From Girardia tigrina (Eukaryota), in assembly GCA_001938485.1 (NCBI GenBank), contig MQRK01217748.1:67837-130283 (forward strand): 62,447 nucleotides of DNA, read 5' to 3'. The number at the start of each line of letters is the position of its first letter. Position 1 is the stretch's first letter. A program made the position numbers and the translations under genes. This document shows positions 52,755-62,447 of the stretch, in pieces. Below the pieces are notes generated by a model, which was not told the origin of the DNA, did no database searches, and was given only the letters and a program-made list of their open reading frames with translations.

Positions 52755-52855
52755 GTGTCGGAATCGTTTTTGTGTGTTATCGATTAGAATTTGTATAAAT
52801 AATATACAAAATCTATTTATAGAAAATGATTTAAGTTTTTATTGGAGGCGAAACG
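51870..52855. repeat. ~1-kb imperfect palindrome (foldback/MITE)
   Basis: CGTTTGGCCTCCAATAAAAA versus TTTTTATTGGAGGCGAAACG at the ends; GGGGACCCAACAACAAATACAC versus GTGTATTTGTTGATGGGTCCCC internally; spacer ~100 bp. Confidence 0.88.
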
Positions 52856-53454
52856 GCGGTCAACTTCTTATCTTTCATCAACGAATTATCACGAACATAA
52901 CATGAGTTAAATAAATTTATTATATTAAAACATAACTGATATTTGCTGATAGGATCAGAGTTCGAATAAAAATTATAATAAACTAAAAACCATTTAACGA
53001 TTCCTCTTTTTTATTACAAGTTTTTCTGATAACTTAATTTATAAATGTGCAAACAAAATCGATATTAGTTTTTATAATTTGTAATTGAAAATTGGTTATA
53101 AAAAGTTTTTTATATATTATGTAGCATCCGTTTAATTTAGTATATATATAAAAGCATAATTTTGATTATTTTTAGCAGTTTTATGGAAAATATTTGCAGT
53201 TATAAAAGTCGTTTATTGGAAGGAAATGGAAACACAATTAATAATAAAATAATTTTTAAATTACATGCAAATATTAAATGATCCTCTTTAATGGATATAT
53301 AATGCTTTTAAAACATGTAACGAAATATAAATCATGACTTTTTTAAAGGAAATTATAAAATTTTAATTACGTCCGAACAAGTTACTAGTTCTTCATTCCC
53401 GTCCATACATCTGTGCAAGCTATATTTTAGTTACGGGATGTAATCCTTATTAAC

Positions 53455-53900
53455 AACATCACAATTTGAATGCAAACATTTATTGACAACACAAACAGAT
53501 TCTTCACAACAATTTTCAGAGGTCATCTTTCTGTGATTAATATAGTTTTTGATTAATTATTCAAATATGAAAAATACAATGAATTGGAAATTTTAATATT
53601 ACATTTTAATTTCTCATAATTTTATTGGATAAAAAGACATTATGTAATTTTTTAAATAAACGTTAATTTTTAAAATATATTAAATTTAATAAGTTAAAAT
53701 CGTTTAGTGAAAATATTAATAAAATTCATAATTATCAAACTTTAATTAATTAATACTTAAAATTAATATCATTAAATTAATTGCATTAGAATTACATAAT
53801 CAATCAAATAATATATCAATCCCATCTGAGTAGGAGAGTCACGAATCTAAACAGCATACAAACAACAAACTTACAGCATTCCAAATTATCCCTCACAATC
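53455..53900 (-). repeat. Dispersed AT-rich repeat, copy 3
   Basis: Reverse complement of 23605-24052. Confidence 0.85.
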
Positions 53901-55341
53901 CTTATGTTAACTGATTTACTATTTATATATTCTTACAATTTTTGCTGATGAAAATCTAGCTGTTTTAATTGTCTTTAGTTAAAGTGAAAAAAACGTTTTC
54001 TACGTCCAGAAAAGATATTTTCGTTTATATACTTATGTAGTTTGAAGATGTCTCATGTGTTGATACTGTTAGTGGCAGTTATGCTGCTGTCGTTATTTGG
54101 CATTTCAGAATCCGAATTCATCTTTAACACAAAATAATACATATATTTATACAAATTTCTACTTAATTTAATCATTTTGCTGAACTAAATGTACTAAATT
54201 TTGTTTAAATTTAAATTATGTCTCAATTATGACTTTTATATTGTAAAATTTATTTTTAAATAAAATTATTAAATTTTATTTATAATACTCTATTTTCAAC
54301 ATCATTTCATGTTTAATTTAATGTTTAACTTTACTTAATTTTCATTAAAAATTGTTTTGTAAAAATATTATAAATTTTATCAATTTTATTATTTATTTTA
54401 AACTTCTTATTTTAAAACTTTTATTAAACATTTTCCTATTCAAATAAGAAATTTTAATTAATTTTAACTTTTTTTTGGTTTTAATAATGATATCATTTTT
54501 GTCGATTTTTTAAACAACAATTTTGAACTTTTTTTAAGTTGTAAAGTTTCTGTATTTTTTATGTTTTAAGTATGTATTTAATTTTTGTTAAAATTTTAAA
54601 TTAAATAAAATCTATAAATTATTATAACTAAATCGTCATAGATATTATATACACTTATGATGAATAATGTAAATATTTAATAAAAAAGTAATAAAACAAC
54701 ATTTCGCTAATTTTTTGTCTTGGAAGTTTAAAAGGTAATGCTCAATTTCTTTCCAAGATATCAAAACATGCTTTTATAATAATAGAAAGGGCGTATTTTG
54801 TTATTTTTCTACAATTTTCCAAACGATTTTCAAAACATTTAGATTTTTATTTTCCCATATCTTTTAAGGAGTTCTCAGAGAAGCTTGTTTCATTTGACTG
54901 TTGCATTTTCTTTACCGTTTTTTTTGTTATTTTTAAATGTAACAAGAAATATTCAGTATAAAATATAATGTAACAGTTATTTACTTAGATGTTTAATTTA
55001 TTTATTTTTATAATAAAAAAGTATTCAAAATTGACACGTTTTTGTAAAATCCTTTAGAATTCTCGATACCTGAGAATATAAAATGTAGTGATTCCATAAT
55101 TTTTCATTTTTCTGAGTCTGAAAGTAAAATTTGGTAATAATTTAACTTCTCATGTTTGTTTATTTTAGAGTTCATGGAATTTTAAAAACAATGTCTGATG
55201 AAGTTTAACTGAAAAGTGTCATGAAGTATTTTGTGAAGTAAAATGGGACTGCCGATGAACTAATGAACTTAAGTAACATTTTCAATGAAGATGAAACATC
55301 TTTGTTGATGTACTTGTCTGAATAAAAGAGAGAAAGTACAC

Positions 55342-55680
55342 TATCCGCAGTACACCAATGTATTCTTCAGCAGTGTAAAATGTTGAATAATGGGCTGTAA
55401 GGAGCTTATTGATCTGTCGTATTTACCTTACAATATCACAAATGTCCGTATATAATCTATTACAGTGACTTGTGATTTTGGTAAGCCTATTAATCTCAAT
55501 GTTTTGTCAAGGACTACTCCAAGTCAATATGAACCAGAATTGTTTCTTTCACTGAGATTAATTTGCCTCAATCATAAATGTTTAATTTTTTTTCATTCTG
55601 AGAAAATTGTAATCACTTGTTTGAAGGATTTAAAATATAAGAATTTTGTTACACATGTTTTTGACTATATTTTGTATTAA
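55342..55680 (+). pseudogene. Divergent compact TATA-binding-protein-like pseudogene
   Basis: One frame: YTNVFFSSVKC*IMGCK...VRI*SITVTCDFGKPINL...YEPELFLSLRL...LIFFHSEKIVITCLK, matching both TBP half-repeats (IFxSGKxxxxGxK; YEPELFPGL); two in-frame stops. Confidence 0.75.
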
Positions 55681-55913
55681 CCCTTTCCTGGCTGAATTAA
55701 GAATATCAATTTAAACGCACCAAAAGTATGTAGTAAAATATATGCGAAAGCAGTAAAGTAATTAGAGAAAAAATTTAATTGACAACAAATATATCTTCTT
55801 ATCGATCTTCCTTATCGATCTAAATAAAAAATGTTATCCCTATTCATTCATAGATGGCTATACAAGTCTGATATATATTATGATTCCATATGGCATCAAT
55901 AGTCAGTAAAGGG
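55681..55913 (+). mobile_element. piggyBac-type MITE, TTAA target duplication (copy 2)
   Basis: TTAA-CCCTTTCCTGGCTGAATT...AGTCAGTAAAGGG-TTAA. Confidence 0.88.
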
Positions 55914-55996
55914 TTAAGTTGTATAAGTTGTATTTTAAATAAATTGTAATGAATATATGTTTTTATTAAAAACATAAAGAAACATGTAACCAACAA

Positions 55997-56029
<33 letters not shown>

Positions 56030-56775
56030 CGTCTAAAACATTTGAACTGTGCTGAATGCACTCTGTAGGCATCATGAATGCATAGCAAAAGCATGATAAA
56101 GGCAACGTGGTAAATAGCACTTTTAATGATTTCAGACAAAAAACATAAGTGAAAATACTTAGTGAGTACTGCATACTAAAGTTCTGCAGTCTAAAAGTGG
56201 TACACGTTGATAGTAGCAGATGTTTCTTAGGAACTACATTCAAACAATTCGAAAAAAAGTATAATTTTGACATTCAATATTCAAGCCCGTATCAACATCA
56301 AGCAAATGATCAGATAGAGAAATTATTTCGTACTTTTTGAGACTGGATCTACTGTTGTATCGAAGATAAAATATTTTGCAATTGAGAGACAAGTCTTCCA
56401 CAAAAGAATTCATAAAGTACTCAACTATTCAGAAAACAACTATGAATAGCCTTGAAGAAGTTGTATTTGGTAAAAGAAATCAGCATAGATTGATTTTTAG
56501 GGGTAAAAAGAAGCTAAAAGAGCATCATTGAGAAGCCAGAACTTTAGAGAACATACAGGACCAGAAAAAGAAAAAAATAACTAAACAGAGTTTTTAAATC
56601 GGTGACTTCGGAAATGGGAGGATCGAAAACAAACAGAAACAGAAGAGACATTGTTGCATTTATATTGTAATAAAAAATAACGATCGAAGTTACCGGCTGC
56701 GAAAAAGTGACGGAACAGAATTTGTTTGGAATTTAGAGTGACTTACCATAACCGCGCGGGGAGATGTAAGTAGGA
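56030..56775 (+). mobile_element. Gypsy integrase remnant with polypurine tract
   Basis: VHVDSSRCF...YSSPYQHQANDQIEKLFRT (rve motif SSPYHPQxNGxxER); GCGGGGAGA-TGT at ~56756-67. Confidence 0.75.
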
Positions 56776-56776
56776 A

Positions 56777-56813
<37 letters not shown>

Positions 56814-58229
56814 TTTGTTTGTAATGAGAAAACTGATTTTATTATGTCTGGGTGATTGTGAATGTGTACCAAAGAGAAGGCTTTAGAAATGTGAGTCATT
56901 GCAGCAACAATTTTCTACATAATATCAATGCATAAATAAAGGTTTTTGATTGAATAATTGTGATATAACACCCAATTTATCTTGCCTTACTTCGTGACTA
57001 TACTTATATTTTAAAAAATTTATTCATAGAATTCATTTCAGCGCAAAAGTCGAGCTAAGGAATAAGTATGCAAATTCATCACGCGTCTTTGGAATTTCCA
57101 TTCCCGACTTTTACCACTTCCCTTTAGTTATAGGAAAGCAAATGTCTAGAGTAGTTTTATTTTCAAAAAATGGTTGGATGCAAAAAGCTTTGTAAATTTA
57201 ATTTGTATCATTCAAAACTTTTTCCACAAATAATCAATAATTTCTAATGAATGACTTGAAAAATTTAATTTAAAAATATAATATTTATTACTTTCTTTAG
57301 GAAAAAGTTAATTATACAAAATTTATTTATCATATTTTTTTTACCTATAGTTAAATTTAAAAAATATTAAATAATTATTTTTATAAAATAAATAAGAATT
57401 TATGTTTAAATTATTAAAAATTGTATGTTTAATGAAAAAAAAATGAATTCAAAATTTATTAAAAATCAAATTTATATTTTATATTGCAGTTACAAATTCA
57501 GAATAGTGTTTTATATCAATTATTAAAAAAATAATTTGATACGGATATTTTGACAAATTAAATCATTCGAAAATTTATTCAAACAATTAATTTTAATAAT
57601 TTTAATTTATAATTTAAAATAAGCAATTTTAACAATTATTGTCAATTTATTTATTTTTCTAAAACTTTATTTATTAAAATTATATTTTGCAATCACATTT
57701 ATTTTTATAATTAATATTTTATAAAAATGATATTCAAATTTTTTTAAAATTAAAGAAATATTTTTTAATTGTTTATTTTTTACTTAAATACTAAAAATAT
57801 GTTTAAAAAGAAGGGAAAATGTTTTCGTTTTCTGCCAAAGAGAGATTAATGTATTTTTATTTTATTTATATGTAAAATATTTATAAAACCTATTATAGTT
57901 TTTGTTCATGTAAAATATTTTTGGAGCATTCTCAAAAATATATAACTAAAAAATAACAACTTTGTTTTGCATTTAATCTGAAATATTTGAAAAATAATTT
58001 TCCAATCTGATAATCAGTTATTTCATCTTGAAAATATAATTTAAAATGAAACAAATGAAATGTTTTCCTTTGAAAGCCATTATTAAAAAACAGTGATTAC
58101 TGGAAAAGTTTTTTAATTTTAAATTTATTTTATTATTATTTCATAACATTTTCGAAAAAAAAGCATTGAAAAAATAGAAACACATTTTTTTAAAATATAT
58201 TTGCCTATTATTATTACTACGTACGTGTT

Positions 58230-58560
58230 TACTAATTTAAACTTTGGATTAAAGCTACTGCATCTGCAAAAAATGTTACTCCTTTGAGGGAAACAAAATT
58301 ACTTCAAGAACGGCCAGGATATTGTTTTAAAGGTTTTCTGCAAGGGTAAAATTATTTTATAGAGTGAAACAATATTAAGTAGATTATCAAATTTGAATAT
58401 CGATGAATTGGAGGCAATTAAAGTCCGCTTTAAAGTGTCAACAGCTTGAAGAAGTGTTTGAATTAAGAGATGATACAATACGGAAGCATTTACACAAAAT
58501 TGGAAAGATGTCGAAATTTAGTGAATAGATACAACACGAACTAACTCTAAATAAATAACG
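58230..58560 (+). pseudogene. Very decayed mariner N-terminal remnant
   Basis: TIRKHLHKIGKMSKFSE*IQHELT resembles the WVPHEL region. Confidence 0.5.
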
Positions 58561-59084
58561 GAGTTAAAAACGGAGGTGCCCACATGTTTTACAAGTAAAA
58601 TAAACTGTTTTTTAAAAATATAATTTACAAATTATTTTCTTGTTGGGAATATGTTATTCAATGTGAATGTGAGTATTTAAATAAATAAATTATTTCGTGT
58701 CAAAATTGACGAGTTTTTCGTTCTTAGTTTCAAAAAACGACAGAACTCTTGGTTAAATTATTTTGGTTGAATGAAATTATGTGCTCGTTATAGATTTCCT
58801 TTCTTTAAATTTGGAACGGTTTCCGATTCTTTATTTTTTAACCATATATGTTTTTTTTTCTACCCTGGTTCATTATTGTCCTCAAAAACTGAATTGATTT
58901 GATGAGTTTTACTTCCCTAGTGGTACATTACCATTTCCGCGCTTTTTATATCATACATATGCATACATATGCTGCACTAAATTCTTGTTACCATCAATAC
59001 TTTAATTGCTCACAAATGAGTTTTCGAGAGTAAAAAGAAATGTACTGGGATTTTCTGAAAAAAAGTAGATGTAGGTGACAGAAC

Positions 59085-59840
59085 GGGCGCAGCGGGTATG
59101 TGGCTGCGGTGTGTTGGCGTTGGGGGATGATCTGCAGGACGCGGGGGCTCAAATTCACAATCTCACCGGGAGGGGAAGCTCAGACTTCCAATCCGCGACA
59201 CTGGCGAGATGAACACGGACGCCCAGAAAACCAATAACACATCATCACGACTATCGATCATAATACTTGTCCAGTCTTCCGTATTAATTGCGCCAGGATG
59301 TCTTTTAAATTCATCTAAAAGATCACTTGGAAATACCGGTGAGTGAATGATGCCTTTGTATTTTTATATAAAAGCAAGAGTTTTTTCATCTTCATATTTT
59401 TTAAATGAACCATCGTGATAAATGCACACATTTGATTTAATAGAATCTTTCTCCACGATATCATCCCTTTCGATCAAGTAATTAACAACATATTGATAAT
59501 GCAATTCATTTCCATCGGAATGACAACACAACGATCGATTTGCGATTTTCAATGAAAAACCCTTGAACGCACACAAATCTTTATTTTTTATCAAAACAGG
59601 AACAGATATGGTGACTTCTAGAATCCACATACAAATTTTCAAAACATTTTCGCGCCAATTTATAATAAATACTCGATTTAAACAATCGAATAAAGCATAA
59701 TAATTTTCAAAAAAATAAGAATTAACAAAACTAATCTCCGATCAATTCGGCAGACTGTCACACACTCACTCGAGCCACGAAGAATATCAATAACTCCAAA
59801 ACACATCGATAGAGTCATGGAAGAACAAATTGAGCACATT
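59085..59840 (+). mobile_element. Second copy of the TATA/E2F cassette (inverted relative to 29070-29810) with different cargo ORF 59364-59642 (-)
   Basis: GGTGACAGAACGGGCGCAGCGG...GGCGTTGG block and 59648-59835 match copy 1; the middle does not align by eye. Confidence 0.7.
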
Positions 59841-60201
59841 TCAACAATTGATTATGAACAATTTTTATTGTCGCAGTCAGTCTGTCTGTTTGTGTGCGTA
59901 TAGGATTGTTTTTTGATTCTCTCCAACATTCACATTTTGAAATTGAACTATTTCATCTGTTTTGATGCACGAATCGAATCGAATTCAACTGATTTTTTTT
60001 ATCATAAATTGATCTCATTTTTTTATTTATTTTCAAAATTTATTCCAAAAAAACATATCCAAAAATATTTGTATAAATAAACGATTGAACCAGATAATCT
60101 TTGTGCATCAAATTTACATTAATTGAATAAATGTCAAACGACTGATATTTATAAGCGTTTATGAAATACGTTTTTGTTATCATTTTTAGCTTAGTACTTC
60201 T

Positions 60202-60455
60202 TTAATTTTGTGAGCTTCTTAAATCGCGATGTAATTCTTCGACTTCTCTTTTCAGTTTTACCTGACGATTCTGAAACCAAGTAATAACCTGATTATTCGA
60301 CATGGACAATTCAAGGACTGATTTGTCCTGGTCTAAGCGTGTCAGGTATTTTTGCTTTTGAAAATGTTTTTCCAATTCTCTGACTTGATAGTTTGAAAAG
60401 TTGTCTGAGACTTCCTCCGCTTCTTATGGGAAATTCGGTTGGTATATAAGGACAT
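60202..60455 (-). pseudogene. lbx: Lbx (ladybird)-class homeobox, frameshifted (homeobox 60241-60419)
   Basis: Restoring one T in a homopolymer (plus-strand AAAA 60396-99) gives KKRRKSQTTFSNYQVRELEKHFQKQKYLTRLDQDKSVLELSMSNNQVITWFQNRQVKLKREVEEL; KKRRKS and QVITWFQNRxxKLKRxxEE are Lbx-characteristic. Confidence 0.85.
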
Positions 60456-60568
60456 GATTGATTGTCTTTTGCTTGATCGATGCTTTGAATACTGAATCAC
60501 AATTGCTGCTTTCTGAGCTCTGCGGGAAAGGCCCCCGAAACACGCCAAGTTTGCATAGGCGAGATCGG

Positions 60569-60779
60569 CCGTATCACCCCTCCTTTTAAATCAAATAGTG
60601 CATGTACACTGAATTTTTACTTTCATATGAATTGATCAAAACAATAATTGTTCATTGTTCGAAACTGCCATTTTTTCCTCGAAATTCATTCATTATGTTA
60701 TTGATCAATTCATATTGAAGCAAAATACAGCGCGTATGCACTTTCTTTTGGATGCGCTTATTTTCGGAAAATCCCGGTA
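60569..60779. mobile_element. Palindromic MITE with pogo/Tigger-like end
   Basis: Inverted arms ~60598-60650 and ~60693-60741 (CATATGAATTGATCAA / TTGATCAATTCATAT); terminus GCTTATTTTCGGAAAATCCCGG-TA. Confidence 0.55.
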
Positions 60780-62447
60780 CGCTTTATTAAACATTCTTCG
60801 TTTTAATGTTTAGGATTTTGGGTATGTGGTCTGGATCATTGTCTTTCTTATTTGAGGGACTTCATTTTTCAAAAATAAGAAAGTGAACTTTTTACTTAAT
60901 GAATTGGTGACTCTTTGGAACAAGTAACTTGAGGTTTAGCAGATAGCAGACGAATTTTTGTATAGAGTGGTCAAAAGATCTCTGCTTTTGTGATTTAACT
61001 TGAAATATTTGATAATAATCACATTTTTCATTTTTGTTGATACTTTGGTTGTTGTTTGGTGTTTTGACTAGACATGTGCTGCTTTTGATGTACGGTACCT
61101 GTCGCCTCTAACCTGATTTGAACAGGGGACTGACACTGTTCTTTTTTGCCTTGACTAAATAGCTACAAATCTGAACTGCATGATTTGACTAGGTTACTGT
61201 TGCTTTTGTCGTTCTTCCATTAGAACAAATAATCAAAGAAAAATTAAATATACCGGGAAGGTTTACTAATCAACCTTATGGTCATTTTATCTATTACAGT
61301 CGTTCTTCTATTTTTTACAACTAAAAAGATGTTCTTTTGAGACACAAAAATTGTTTATTTTGTAGCAAAAATAGGTTTTTGGAAAAAAAATTTTTAGAAA
61401 ACAGAGAAGCGAAATCATTTCCAATAATTTAATAAATTAATTTCATTCTTAGAAAGAGTAAATGAAATGTTTATTATATTTTAAAATGGTAATTGTTTTT
61501 AAATATGTTGAAAATGTTTCTCTAATAAAATAAATTTCCTTTAAATGTTTCGTTTACATTTGCAAACTTTTTCGATCGATAAAATATTTTTTGACAATAA
61601 ATAAAAATATTTATAAATTTATAGCAGAAAATTTTAATTTTCATAATATTTTTTAAAAAGAAACATTAAAGAGAATTTTATAAATAATCCAAGTTTTTAA
61701 ATTTGTTTTCATAAATAATAGATTAAAAAGCACTTAAGCTCCATGTTTTTCTACAAAAATAATTCAAAGAAAAAAGTATTTGATTATAATAGACCAAAGT
61801 TAATAACGTTTTTAGAGCTTTTTATAATTCTGTTATTTTATGGCATTTAGAAATGCAATGGAGAACCAAATCGTTTGGGGAAGGAAGACTCAATCTACTG
61901 CAGATAGTCCACAGGAAAAATGTTCTGCAAGGAATTTGTATTTTTTATTTGACTACTGCTTCTGCTGAACTAAATAAAATATAATTCATAATGATTTTAT
62001 TTATTTTTGGTTGTTGATAGAGATTATATCTTGGAAAAAGTGAATTTATACATTTTTAAATAGACGTTTAAAGTTTCATTTGAACTGGTTTTAACCCTCA
62101 ATAAAGTGAACAGATTTAGGAAAGAGTTATTAGGATCAGAGATTATATTTTTGAATACATTTAGTAGATAAAATGTGGAAAAATTTCGGGCAAACGTAAG
62201 TACCCGACCTTGCAAAGAACATTTTTTTTATTTCTAACATTATTTAATTATTTTATGAACCTAATTGTTCTTATGAGGAGTTAGTTAAAATTTTCTTAAA
62301 TTCGTCAAAAAATTTAGATTTTGTTTAATTTAAAATTTAAGGAAAAATAATGAATTGCGTAACACATAAAAAAATCAACTTAAACTAAATAATTTTAAAA
62401 ACCAAAGAAAAAGCTTAAATTAATAAATAATATATATATATATATAT

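Noticed and set aside
60960-61230. Possible gag/zinc-knuckle remnant on the minus strand
   Set aside because: Multiple stops and no complete CCHC motif.

Overview
Very AT-rich, transposon-saturated eukaryotic DNA. It is most consistent with a triclad flatworm (planarian), inferred from a 5-HT7-like receptor, a flatworm-style transposon mix and TA microsatellites. Two 50-N scaffold gaps lie at 7227-7276 and 26668-26717. The only convincing host gene is a large minus-strand exon (TM1-TM6) of a serotonin-type GPCR at 24135-25376; its TM7 exon was not found. The rest is a mosaic of mariners from several subfamilies, a DD34E Tc1/IS630-like element, Tigger, hAT, MULE and piggyBac pieces and MITEs, Gypsy fragments, a short-LTR (TRIM-like) element and several Penelope-like elements (PLEs). 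Notable observations: (1) six minimal hammerhead-ribozyme motifs in PLE termini, four of them in inverted pairs, all with an extra U after A9; (2) a two-copy cassette with an identical 46-bp TATA+E2F-site block and different cargo, one weakly BIR/IAP-like; (3) two unrelated CpG-rich segments ending in the same Helitron-like hairpin terminus; (4) a decayed compact TBP-like gene; (5) an intronless Lbx homeobox with inferred Arg-to-Gln changes at DNA-contact residues; (6) a mariner that closely resembles insect mellifera-subfamily elements, split by a 3-kb hAT insertion that itself carries a PLE. All family assignments come from motifs recognised by eye, not from database searches.
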